DNA from: a virus
Length of the DNA stretch: 64,000 nt
Virus record (IMG/VR): IMGVR_UViG_3300046453_000063
Coordinates: 32,001-96,000 of that record
Direction: 5' to 3' (one strand)
The position numbers and the translations under genes are program-made. The notes under the pieces are model-generated. The model was not told the DNA's origin and made no database searches. It saw nothing but the letters and a program-made list of their open reading frames with translations. This document shows, piece after piece, positions 30,156-39,398 of the stretch. Positions within the stretch are counted from its first letter, which is position 1. Every line of letters starts with the position of its first letter.

Positions 30156-31625
30156 TTAATCAATCATAATACTTTCATATTGTCTTCGAGGAAGAAGTTT
30201 CTTCAGCTCAGCATCTGTAAAATAAAATTTCATGCATAATCCTAGATTATTTGACTTACTGGTTACAAATGTTTCATCTGATTCAATAAATAAACTTAGA
30301 CTTAGTTTCTTAGGCTTATAATTAAGCCTGTATAGATTTGGGAGTTTTTTCATTAATCCTCCACCTTTAGGCTTACGGTTACGTTCAATTACTTCAATAA
30401 CTCCACAGTCGATCAGTTTATTTACTTGTCTAGGAACAGTATTTTCTCCTAATCCTGTTGTAGTTTCAATATCTTTAAAAGGCATATAAAAAACTCCTTT
30501 TAAATTGGCATGGCGTTTTGAATGTATGAGCATTGCGTATGTAATCAGTTTTTGATTCTTTTCAGGACAACTATTAATTATCCATTGAATCTCCTCAAAT
30601 GTCACAGTCATGTCTTTATCGTTTGAACGTAAATTATAGTTTTTCTCATAAATATCTTTGGTAATCTGAACTATATCTTTGTAACAATGGAGTAGGGGTG
30701 TTGTATACGTCTCACTTTTCTGCCATGACATCCATGCGCTTAACTCATCTTTACATTGTTCTTGATCCATGCCACAATACTTAAAATACATGCCCAACAA
30801 CAAAGTGGATTTGTGTCTGCTTCCTTGATATTTCAATCCATTATTAAATAACTCTATCGCCAAATCAATGCTGTAATCTTCTGATTGTTCATAATTTTTT
30901 AGTGGTGTGTGGGGGCTGATGGCATCTTCAGCTTTAGTAAGCAAAACTCTGTCGAAAATGTCTACATCTTCAATACCAATTATATCGAGTACTCTTTGAT
31001 GACTAATCTTCTTTATGGTAAAAAAGAATGCCTCACTGTTTGCCTTATCCATTACCGTTAAACCGTCATCAAGTACACAAAATCCACAATAGTTCCCTGT
31101 TTTCTGATGTATCCCTAATGGCAACTTTATTCCCAACTTATCCGTAACACGGAATTCTACTTTACTACCTTCTAAGAAATATTGAGTAGTGTCTGACTTT
31201 AGTATCACATAGTTGAAGAATTTTTCTGCATCTGATATTTGAATTAGATCACTGAAAAATATATCAATGTGATAACCCTTGTTCCCACTGAAACTTATGT
31301 AATGTTCGTTAATTCCTAAATCGTAAAGCGTTTTGGTAAGTTTGTAGACGATCCATTGTGCCATCTTTAGATCATGAAAATCTATATCAAAGGTCATAAA
31401 CTTAGACATCAGTTTGCCGCCAAACGTACCAATAGTTAAGTCTCCATCAAGATGACTTTGAAACTGCCAATCCATAATTGATTTTATTCTCTTACCACTC
31501 TTATTGATCTGTCCTGTTGTAAACTGACTATATCCGTCTTTGTATTGGATTAGGTAATGACCTCTTTGAATAAAGTAAAGATCATTCATTTCTTTGATTA
31601 TACTTCTATGATTATTATTCTCCAT
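30156..31625 (-). CDS. AEP-superfamily primase-polymerase/Rep with C-terminal HTH
   Basis: FDID, SGNKGYH, IKLPLGIH, PriCT-like GSRH, wHTH ending PNLYRL. Confidence 0.8.
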   Translation of the reverse strand: MENNNHRSIIKEMNDLYFIQRGHYLIQYKDGYSQFTTGQINKSGKRIKSIMDWQFQSHLDGDLTIGTFGGKLMSKFMTFDIDFHDLKMAQWIVYKLTKTLYDLGINEHYISFSGNKGYHIDIFFSDLIQISDAEKFFNYVILKSDTTQYFLEGSKVEFRVTDKLGIKLPLGIHQKTGNYCGFCVLDDGLTVMDKANSEAFFFTIKKISHQRVLDIIGIEDVDIFDRVLLTKAEDAISPHTPLKNYEQSEDYSIDLAIELFNNGLKYQGSRHKSTLLLGMYFKYCGMDQEQCKDELSAWMSWQKSETYTTPLLHCYKDIVQITKDIYEKNYNLRSNDKDMTVTFEEIQWIINSCPEKNQKLITYAMLIHSKRHANLKGVFYMPFKDIETTTGLGENTVPRQVNKLIDCGVIEVIERNRKPKGGGLMKKLPNLYRLNYKPKKLSLSLFIESDETFVTSKSNNLGLCMKFYFTDAELKKLLPRRQYESIMID

Positions 31626-31626
31626 A

Positions 31627-31830
31627 TTATTGACTAACTGCCTTAAACTCTTCTAGAGCATGCTGGAGATTGTCATTAACAACAAACAAGTAGAAAATGT
31701 TGTTGGTTTCTAAATGCCTAGCCTTGGTTAAAAATGTGGTTCCGTCTTTGCACTTTAAAAATCTAGCAAGTTTTGGATTATAGCAATAAAATAAATCGTG
31801 ATTATTCTTCATAAAGCGGTTAGCCTCCAT
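31627..31830 (-). CDS. small protein coupled to the AEP gene
   Basis: FYCYNPKLARFL...FYLF; abuts the AEP start. Confidence 0.6.
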   Translation of the reverse strand: MEANRFMKNNHDLFYCYNPKLARFLKCKDGTTFLTKARHLETNNIFYLFVVNDNLQHALEEFKAVSQ

Positions 31831-31865
31831 TGAAATATTTATTCTTTGTTAAATTTTTAAAACAC

Positions 31866-31892
31866 AAAAAAGAGGCGCATTTCTGCACCTCT
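31866..31892 (-). terminator. intrinsic terminator
   Basis: AGAGGTGCA-GAAA-TGCGCCTCT-TTTTT on the - strand. Confidence 0.75.
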
Positions 31893-31930
31893 CCATAACA
31901 TTCCATATAACTTTCTCTAGCCCAAAAAAC

Positions 31931-33046
31931 CTAAATCAAATTCTTCTCAACAATACTCGCAATGTATCTATGACCTTTATCTCCTGGATGTGCAGTATTT
32001 GAACCACTTGCACCAGAAAAATCATTAGTGGTTGGGCCATATAAGCCTCTTGTCTGAGCAAAAGCATAAGACTTTCCCCAAGCTTGATACATATCTATCA
32101 ATCCAGTATTGTATTTTTTACTCAACTCATAATTTACTTTTACATAGTTAGGCCATGCACTTGCCCATCCTGAACCCGAAGTCATATAAGGAAGTAGAAT
32201 GACACTTGAACCCACACTTATAAAGTGTTGCACCAAGGCTTCCATATTATTTTTATATGTTGATAGACTAACACCTGTTCCGCCATCATTTATTCCTAGT
32301 GCAATTATAGCAAGATGAGGTGGCTTACCAGCCCAAGACGCTTTAGTATTTGTATTGTTCCAGTCTCCAGAAACATAACCAGAGTATCCGATTCTGTGTA
32401 CTTGAATTCCTGTAGCTGATATTTCTGCAAGTATTCCTTGTACCCAAACTTGAGTACTATTTGCTGGGACAATGGTTAAAACATGAGCACCTGCCGTTAA
32501 CCCTGTAAATGTTTGATAATTGTTAAAAGTAATTGTTGCTCCTGTACAACTAAGTGAACCAACCGATGTTCCGTCAATTTTAACGTCAGCATTACCACCT
32601 GTAGGACCCTTTGTGTAGATGATCGTGAATTTATCGCCTGTAAAATTAATCGTTAGTGGAGTAGTAGCTCCTGTGGAATTGGCATAGCAACCACCAAATC
32701 CCGACTTGGAGCCAGGAGATAATGACCACCCTGTACCAAATGTAACTCGTGAGTGTGATCCCGCAGGTAGAGCACCTTCGTATACATTAATAAATCCTTC
32801 TCCGGCATTACCATATTTGGATTGCAGAGACTTTCTCAATACACAGGCCCACGCTGTATTAGGTTCATCAGAAGTAAATTCTCCCCTAGTAATCGAATCT
32901 CCAATACAATATATTTTACATGGCGTAACTGATCTTTCAGACAATCCAATACGATAATCAATCAGTGAATCCTTCATGTTATATCCGAAGGTTTGATTTT
33001 GCTGATCAGTCCACTTTTTTGCCGCTGCTAATGATACCGCATCCAT
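31931..33046 (-). CDS. SGNH/GDSL hydrolase
   Basis: GDSIT, LGINDG, HPGDKGH; start MDAVSLAAAKK. Confidence 0.85.
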   Translation of the reverse strand: MDAVSLAAAKKWTDQQNQTFGYNMKDSLIDYRIGLSERSVTPCKIYCIGDSITRGEFTSDEPNTAWACVLRKSLQSKYGNAGEGFINVYEGALPAGSHSRVTFGTGWSLSPGSKSGFGGCYANSTGATTPLTINFTGDKFTIIYTKGPTGGNADVKIDGTSVGSLSCTGATITFNNYQTFTGLTAGAHVLTIVPANSTQVWVQGILAEISATGIQVHRIGYSGYVSGDWNNTNTKASWAGKPPHLAIIALGINDGGTGVSLSTYKNNMEALVQHFISVGSSVILLPYMTSGSGWASAWPNYVKVNYELSKKYNTGLIDMYQAWGKSYAFAQTRGLYGPTTNDFSGASGSNTAHPGDKGHRYIASIVEKNLI

Positions 33047-33048
33047 AG

Positions 33049-33435
33049 TTATCCACCAGTCCTTCCTTTGATACTTACGTTTCCACCCGTAACAGAGGAC
33101 AAACTGACAATAAATGATACAAGGTTTTCCGTGTTTGTGAACGTCCAAACTTCATTCATTCCACCAGATGTACCAATTTCAAAATCTGATACTCTATAAC
33201 CAGAGATAGGAATCTGTGCTCCGCTTTCTGATACACATTTAAAATCAACTGTAGCACTAGTTGCCGCTCCGTATATTTCAATTGTGATAGATGATTTTCC
33301 ATTAATTGAATATGTTCCTGTTGTTGTAGAAGTTGCTGCATTAACAAGAGTAAAAGATACTGGAGACGAGGGGGAATTTGTTGAACCACCAATAACCGTA
33401 ACTTTTTGAACTGTTCTTAGACCATTCTCAAACAT
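33049..33435 (-). CDS. beta-rich hypothetical protein
   Basis: AGGTGAGGTG RBS; Ser/Thr-rich. Confidence 0.7.
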   Translation of the reverse strand: MFENGLRTVQKVTVIGGSTNSPSSPVSFTLVNAATSTTTGTYSINGKSSITIEIYGAATSATVDFKCVSESGAQIPISGYRVSDFEIGTSGGMNEVWTFTNTENLVSFIVSLSSVTGGNVSIKGRTGG

Positions 33436-33457
33436 ACTTTCACCTCACCTTTATATT

Positions 33458-33736
33458 TTAGTATTTTCCAAACCATTTATAATTGATTCCTGATTCAACA
33501 ATAATAAATGAATATAATTTGGTATCGTTTCTGTTTATTTGTACTCCCTGGTCGGCATCAAGTGGGATAGGGGAACTGTTGTTAATTTTCACAGTACATG
33601 CCTCGTTGTTTAGAAATGAGAATTCATAATAAATGCCTCTTGGGAATGTTAAACTTGGGTCAATAATTGTAAGGATTTCTTGATTTTCTGTGCTGACTTG
33701 ACGATCTCCATTGTATCCTGCATACTTTCCTGCCAT
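33458..33736 (-). CDS. hypothetical protein
   Basis: AAGGAG RBS. Confidence 0.7.
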   Translation of the reverse strand: MAGKYAGYNGDRQVSTENQEILTIIDPSLTFPRGIYYEFSFLNNEACTVKINNSSPIPLDADQGVQINRNDTKLYSFIIVESGINYKWFGKY

Positions 33737-33815
33737 TTTTCTTTCATCTCCTTGTATTGGGTTCAGTGGAGGAGAAATATATCTCCTCTCACCAAAATAA
33801 ACATATCATCTATAT

Positions 33816-34214
33816 TTATTTATTAACTTTCCCAGCAAACTCCAATCCCTGCTTTACCAAAATCTCAATCAATTTCTTCTCTTGATCGCTCGGTTTTACT
33901 CCGTAATGCTCACAAATGCTATCAATAATTCCTAATGAAAGTACGATTTTATCATCTTCTGACAATGTTCCATTAGCATATGCATTCACATATTCAACAG
34001 TCTCGGCAGCAACATCGAGTACAAAGTTTGCTTTCTCTTTATACTTATCTGCGATAGGAAGGATGTCTACAACTAAACGTTCAATATTAGTCAAACTCAA
34101 GACAGTCTCAATGTTCTTGATTGTAATCCATCTCTTTTTGTTCATCCAAGGAACTACGAAAAATCCAGCTACAATGAGAAGAGTGGCTCCAGCAATGATG
34201 TATAAGTCATTCAT
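33816..34214 (-). CDS. holin-like protein with N-terminal TM
   Basis: IIAGATLLIVAGFFVVPW; follows endolysin. Confidence 0.6.
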   Translation of the reverse strand: MNDLYIIAGATLLIVAGFFVVPWMNKKRWITIKNIETVLSLTNIERLVVDILPIADKYKEKANFVLDVAAETVEYVNAYANGTLSEDDKIVLSLGIIDSICEHYGVKPSDQEKKLIEILVKQGLEFAGKVNK

Positions 34215-34239
34215 TTTAATTCCTCCATATATTTATTTA

Positions 34240-34962
34240 TTAGTTGATATATAGTTTTTTATTGATATTGTCCCAAGAAGCCTTAATTAATCCCAAACGC
34301 TTCAGATCCTCAACAGACACATAATTTTTATTATCCTTCATAAATCCATCAACAAGAGAATTATCTTTTGTATATACAATTTTTACTTTATCCACTTGAT
34401 CATCATCCTTTACTGTTGGTTGTATCGGTTTTACTTCAGGAGCGATATATTTATATTTATTAATCAATATCATTGCTCCATCAACCTGTTTCTGAGTTGG
34501 AGTCTTGCCTGATCTAAACTGAGAAGTGGGGAGACCAAATGTCATTTGAAAGTGTGGATAGTCCTTAATAGAAATCCAATCACCACCCCATTCAAAACCG
34601 AGTCTCTTTGCTTCGTCTACAACCTCAATCCAGTCCTTAACATTGTTACTGTTGAAGTCTGTTTTCAAATCCCATGTTACATTTTTACCGTCAGGAAGTA
34701 TAAGAACAAAATCGATAGCCACTCCGAAGTTATGGAAGCTTGTTCCACCTTTAGCATTGGTTACAATATTCCCTGGTTTAGTTCTACCTTGAGCATATAG
34801 AGCGTCTTGTTCGGCAATAGTACGAAGCCCTTGAGTAACTTGAATATAAATACCTTTTCTATGACAATTCTCAATAAGTACTTTTGTGGCTTCTTGCAAT
34901 ACGGGATGGAGTCCGGCAATCTTAGATGTAGATTTATTCATCACTTGCTCTAGTGTTAACAT
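34240..34962 (-). CDS. endolysin, M15 L-Ala-D-Glu peptidase
   Basis: GLRTIAEQDALYAQGRT, SFHNFGVAID, WGGDW, DYPHFQ. Confidence 0.92.
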   Translation of the reverse strand: MLTLEQVMNKSTSKIAGLHPVLQEATKVLIENCHRKGIYIQVTQGLRTIAEQDALYAQGRTKPGNIVTNAKGGTSFHNFGVAIDFVLILPDGKNVTWDLKTDFNSNNVKDWIEVVDEAKRLGFEWGGDWISIKDYPHFQMTFGLPTSQFRSGKTPTQKQVDGAMILINKYKYIAPEVKPIQPTVKDDDQVDKVKIVYTKDNSLVDGFMKDNKNYVSVEDLKRLGLIKASWDNINKKLYIN

Positions 34963-34980
34963 TTATCATATACTCCTCTC

Positions 34981-35059
34981 GAAACTTGTGTTATGATTCA
35001 ACTGAGACGAAGTTATTGGGGATGCTCAAGCCGGGCGATACTTTAACATTCGTCTTTTT
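34981..35059 (+). ncRNA. putative ~80-nt structured RNA antisense to the holin-endolysin junction
   Basis: TTGCTC-N18-TATACT upstream; hairpin AGACGAAGTTA...TAACATTCGTCT followed by a T run. Confidence 0.35.
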
Positions 35060-35597
35060 ATGCTGTCGTTTCTTCATTCTCATGACTCTCTGGATCTGGA
35101 ACAATAGTTAAAGTGGGGGTAGAAGGGACGGATTCATTTTCATTAGGGAGTGGGTTAGTATTGCTTTTCGTGCTCAAAACTCCAATGATCATTTTTACTT
35201 GTGCTGGCAATTTTACATCCATACGTCCAAGGTTTTCTGCCAATGAAATTAGCTCGTTTAATATATAGAAGTAGGACGCGCCAAGCATGAATCCAATGTT
35301 CCCATCTAAACCCAACAGCATATCAAATCTATACATAAGCGCAACAACCATAAACATTAAGAATTTCTTAAACAACCCCCAGAAGCCTTTGTTTGAATTA
35401 AGTCCTTTAGTGGGGTCGCTGGGGTTCTTCATTGATTCATAAATTGAAGCCGCAATCCCGGTTATATAATCAAAAACGCAAAGAAGTGCGAGAAGCCCCA
35501 AAGCATCACTCCAACCTCCGAAAGCATAGGTGATAACAGATCCACCAAATGCCACGCCTAATTTTTTCAATACATCATACACATTAACGTCCTCCAA
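35058..35597 (-). CDS. phage holin
   Basis: FGGW, DYITG, LNSNKGFWGLFKK, NELISLAENL. Confidence 0.9.
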   Translation of the reverse strand: MEDVNVYDVLKKLGVAFGGSVITYAFGGWSDALGLLALLCVFDYITGIAASIYESMKNPSDPTKGLNSNKGFWGLFKKFLMFMVVALMYRFDMLLGLDGNIGFMLGASYFYILNELISLAENLGRMDVKLPAQVKMIIGVLSTKSNTNPLPNENESVPSTPTLTIVPDPESHENEETTA

Positions 35598-35616
35598 TGT
35601 CTTATAAAAACTATAA

Positions 35617-36801
35617 TTAGTTATTATATTTATTTATATAATTATTTTTAAATTCAATTAAATTTTCAAATGTAACATTGTCGCCTTTACCATATATGCA
35701 ATGGAATTCATCATGGATAGCTTTTAGAAGAGGAATGCCAAGTTCTTTTTTGTGTTCATTTGTAAACTCATTGACTAAAAGATCGAGTTCTTCTTCTGAA
35801 TAATCTCCGACATTCTTATTCAAATCTAAGCCTAGCTTTGAAATACATTTATCTCTAATTTTATGAAACGGAGTAATATGATGAATCTGCAAGTTTCCTT
35901 TTTTACCAGTAACAAAACATTTATAATTATACTTTTTAAAAGAATCGGTTTTCCACTCAGATATTTTACTTCTTAAATAAATGCTGATTAATGTTGTTCC
36001 TCCTTTCCAGTTTGGATTATTCTCTCCTTTAAAATTATCTGTTGCACACTGAGGGCATCCTTTTTCAGCAAGTAAGTTGCAATAAGAGATTTGATTATCT
36101 CTATCGGGATGAGTGGGACATACATATTTCATATTTGCGAGAGCATTATGATATTCAGTCTCTAATAGAATATAGCCTCTTTTCTCAAATAAAGATTTAA
36201 CCTTTGAAAATGGAACTCTGTGGCTTTTACCTCGTTTTATTAAACCGCAATATTTACATCCTTGACCCATTCTAAACTTAGAATATCCGACTTCTTGAGT
36301 AGTTTCGGAATGCATCGAACATATATATTTCAATTTACTTTTCGAGTCAATATATCTATCTTCTAACAACAAATATCCTCTTTCACAAAATTCTACTCGG
36401 ATGTCTTCGAAGTCAAACGTAAGTGGTTTAGAACATATCTTACAACCTCTCCATTTTGTGAGATTAGCAACCTTTATACTCATAATTTCATCGGGGTGAT
36501 TGGGGCAGATACATCTCATTAGCTTATCTTGACCTACATACTCCTTATCAATTAAGACAAAACCTTTTTCTAAAAATCTATTTTCAACTTCTTCAAACGT
36601 CAGTCTTTTTAGGTCGTAGGCGCAGTGTCTGCATCCATTTCCTTCAGCGAACTTACCTATTGTTATAGTTAGAACACCTCTGTCTCTGTGTGTCGGACAA
36701 ATGTATTGCAGTTTTTCTTGTCGGTTACACCTTTCGGACAGAAGTTCATATCCACGTTCCGAAAACATTTTTTTAACTTCTTTAATATTATACTTAATCA
36801 T
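35617..36801 (-). CDS. zinc-finger-repeat HNH endonuclease
   Basis: Four YICPxH...GCxxC repeats, NPNWKGG, QIHH...HDEFH. Confidence 0.8.
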   Translation of the reverse strand: MIKYNIKEVKKMFSERGYELLSERCNRQEKLQYICPTHRDRGVLTITIGKFAEGNGCRHCAYDLKRLTFEEVENRFLEKGFVLIDKEYVGQDKLMRCICPNHPDEIMSIKVANLTKWRGCKICSKPLTFDFEDIRVEFCERGYLLLEDRYIDSKSKLKYICSMHSETTQEVGYSKFRMGQGCKYCGLIKRGKSHRVPFSKVKSLFEKRGYILLETEYHNALANMKYVCPTHPDRDNQISYCNLLAEKGCPQCATDNFKGENNPNWKGGTTLISIYLRSKISEWKTDSFKKYNYKCFVTGKKGNLQIHHITPFHKIRDKCISKLGLDLNKNVGDYSEEELDLLVNEFTNEHKKELGIPLLKAIHDEFHCIYGKGDNVTFENLIEFKNNYINKYNN

Positions 36802-36830
36802 ATTTACATCCCCACCTTATTTTTCCAAAC

Positions 36831-36857
36831 AAAAAAGAGACACATTGCTGTGTCCCT
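36831..36857 (-). terminator. intrinsic terminator
   Basis: AGGGACACA-GCAA-TGTGTCTCT-TTTTT on the - strand. Confidence 0.7.
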
Positions 36858-36896
36858 CACTTTTACTCAAATATTCAATTTTTCTAATTTTGTCTC

Positions 36897-36961
36897 TCAA
36901 AAAACCCAGTGTTTATGCGGACTTTTTTGACGCATTTCCTGATGAAATTCCTATTTCATGA
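36897..36961. repeat. composite site (accessory palindrome + 8-6-8 site)
   Basis: TCAAAAAAC[CCAGTGTTTATGCGG]ACTTTTTTGA then TGATGAAA-TTCCTA-TTTCATGA. Confidence 0.75.
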
Positions 36962-37079
36962 GATAAGTAATTATTTTCATATTAATGAATAAATATATAA
37001 TAATTGCGACATTATACGACACAAACGACTCGATAACTTGGATATACTTATAATATATATTCGAGAGAGGAAGATGGGG

Positions 37080-37205
37080 ATGCCTTATTATCATTTTAGA
37101 GAAATTTGGACACCATTAATAATATTTGGGGTTAGATTCTACAAAGACAATGATGATCAGATGTGGTATAAAATAGGGAAGAGACATAAGAAAAAATTTA
37201 GATAA
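37080..37205 (+). CDS. small basic protein
   Basis: GAGGA RBS; MPYYHFREIWTPL..., 41 aa. Confidence 0.55.
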   Translation: MPYYHFREIWTPLIIFGVRFYKDNDDQMWYKIGKRHKKKFR

Positions 37206-37390
37206 ATTTAAATAATACATCAGAAGAATTAGAATCTGAAGTATTATTTTGATTATTTTTGTATCCACTAGTGAACAATTTGGTCCAATTGTACATAAAA
37301 TATAGATTCTTAAAAATCAACACTTTCTTTGTACCATTTTTGTTATACTACAAACATATTTCACAATCTAACTAAAAGGAGAACATTATT

Positions 37391-38434
37391 ATGAACAACT
37401 CAAAAAAAAGAATAGAGTGGATTGATACTGCAAGAGGGTTAGGTATACTCTTAGTTGTATTAGGGCATGTAGATCCGCCTATTAATTGGACAATCTTTAT
37501 CTACACGTTTCATATGCCTTTATTCTTCTTTTTATCAGGTTATCTATTTTCAATTAACAAACACAACACACTAGGTATTTTTTTAAGAAATAAATCTCGA
37601 ACCTTGTTAATACCGTATTTCTCGTTTTCCATCCTATCTTTAGCATTTTCTATTGGATTAAGTATATTTAGCTCAGGAGATTTTAATATACTTAAATCAT
37701 TGCTTGGCATTTTTTACTCCAATGGAATTAATGGCTGGATGAATTATAATATCGCATTATGGTTTTTAACTTGTTTGTTCGTTGTAGAAACTATGTTCTA
37801 CTTCATAGCAAAGAAAGTTAAAAATTTAAAGTTGTTATTTTTTTTCGTGGTCATGTTTTCAGTTCTTGGATACATGGATAGTTTATATATGCCAATTCGA
37901 CTTCCTTGGAGTATAGATATTTCATTTTCTGCCATTGTTTTTTTTGGTTTAGGATTTCTATCCAAAAAATATGAATTCGATAAAATTTTATTTGAAAACA
38001 AGGCGTTCTTTTTCATTATTCCATTGTTGGTAACTTCATGGTTTGTAAAAGATATGATTAACAATAACTACATAATTGATATGAACTATAATAAACTAAA
38101 TCATTATTACAATTTTTATATCCCTGCAATTTGTGGAATATTATTTTTTATTATTTTTTCTTCAATAATAAAATCAAATTTTTTAGTTTACCTTGGTAAA
38201 AATTCGCTAATTATATTAGCATCTCATTTACCTATCATAACTTTAGCCAGGTGGGTAATAAATGCATGTGGTATCACAGTTTATAATCAAACTTTAAGAA
38301 GTGTAATCTTAACATTGTTCACTGTACTCATCGTTCTCCCTACTATTTTTATTGTTAATCATTATTTTCCCCTCATTGTAGGGAGGAGGAAACAATCTAT
38401 TCCTGAACCAAAAATCTTATACGGCTTAAAATAA
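37391..38434 (+). CDS. membrane acyltransferase (Acyl_transf_3 family), moron
   Basis: RIEWIDTARGLGILLVVLGH, FHMPLFFFLSG, LWFL, LGKNSL; multi-TM. Confidence 0.92.
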   Translation: MNNSKKRIEWIDTARGLGILLVVLGHVDPPINWTIFIYTFHMPLFFFLSGYLFSINKHNTLGIFLRNKSRTLLIPYFSFSILSLAFSIGLSIFSSGDFNILKSLLGIFYSNGINGWMNYNIALWFLTCLFVVETMFYFIAKKVKNLKLLFFFVVMFSVLGYMDSLYMPIRLPWSIDISFSAIVFFGLGFLSKKYEFDKILFENKAFFFIIPLLVTSWFVKDMINNNYIIDMNYNKLNHYYNFYIPAICGILFFIIFSSIIKSNFLVYLGKNSLIILASHLPIITLARWVINACGITVYNQTLRSVILTLFTVLIVLPTIFIVNHYFPLIVGRRKQSIPEPKILYGLK

Positions 38435-38441
38435 AACAATC

Positions 38442-38490
38442 AAAAAGACTACAAAAATAATGCAAATCTATTTATTTTGTAGTCTTTTTT
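38442..38490. terminator. bidirectional terminator
   Basis: AAAAGACTACAAAA...TTTTGTAGTCTTTT. Confidence 0.7.
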
Positions 38491-38563
38491 AAATAATTTA
38501 AGTTAAAAATCCATCTATATTTGCGGTAGTGTTCAATGCAAATATATCCCGTATGTTCCACTA

Positions 38564-38764
38564 TTAGTAAATTATCTTATAGTGAATTCCTTGAGATTCG
38601 AGTAATTTTTCCAACTCATCATCGTCAATTTCGAATTTAATTTCTTCCCAGCGATCTCCTTTAAATCCAAACTCTGTTTCACAATATTTATACATCATAT
38701 CTCTTGCCACTATAGCATCATCATCCATATAAAAAGTCTCGATTCCAACTTCAATTGCAAACAT
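38564..38764 (-). CDS. acidic hypothetical protein
   Basis: AGGTG RBS. Confidence 0.65.
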   Translation of the reverse strand: MFAIEVGIETFYMDDDAIVARDMMYKYCETEFGFKGDRWEEIKFEIDDDELEKLLESQGIHYKIIY

Positions 38765-38783
38765 TATAACATCACCTACCCTT

Positions 38784-39134
38784 TCAACAGTCGATTGCCC
38801 CGGAAAACTCCGGCTTACCCTTCACATGGTCGTATGCCTGTTTGATAAAGTTATCCGTGGACTGCATATTGGGAACAAATTCGTATTTGTGCTGATCGAT
38901 TATTTTAGTAACATCTGAGTTGTAGACGGTCAAAGTCACGTCCAAGCTCGATTTTCCTCCGAATAGGATATCAATACGACAATAGCAGTCCGGTATAGTC
39001 GTTGTATAGCATCCATTACTCTGCCAATCAATCAAATCCACAACTTGCTGATCTGTCAGGAATTCGCGTACAGCCAGTTCATCGACGTACACATTAGGCA
39101 AAACCTTATATTGATAGTTCATTTTTAGAGCCAC
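38784..39134 (-). CDS. tail-fibre-associated protein
   Basis: Downstream of the fibre gene; C-terminal NFIKQAYDHVK...FSGAIDC. Confidence 0.6.
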   Translation of the reverse strand: MALKMNYQYKVLPNVYVDELAVREFLTDQQVVDLIDWQSNGCYTTTIPDCYCRIDILFGGKSSLDVTLTVYNSDVTKIIDQHKYEFVPNMQSTDNFIKQAYDHVKGKPEFSGAIDC

Positions 39135-39146
39135 TGCACTACCTCC

Positions 39147-39386
39147 TTATGGATTACTGGAACAAAAAAATACGTTTGGTGACTTTAATTTGTTTGGATC
39201 AAATATTCGTGGAAAATAATTGCCTCGTTCGACATTTGACAATACAATCTTTCCAATCCACTTTTCATTCACCTTTTTCACCATTTCTCCATACGCACGA
39301 AAGGCCTGTTCGTAGTTATCGAATTCTTCAACCTCTGTGTCGTAACCGTTAGGACCGTACATAATAACTAACCACATAGATTTCAT
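39147..39386 (-). CDS. hypothetical protein
   Basis: AAAGGAG RBS. Confidence 0.65.
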   Translation of the reverse strand: MKSMWLVIMYGPNGYDTEVEEFDNYEQAFRAYGEMVKKVNEKWIGKIVLSNVERGNYFPRIFDPNKLKSPNVFFCSSNP

Positions 39387-39398
39387 ATCTCCTTTCTG

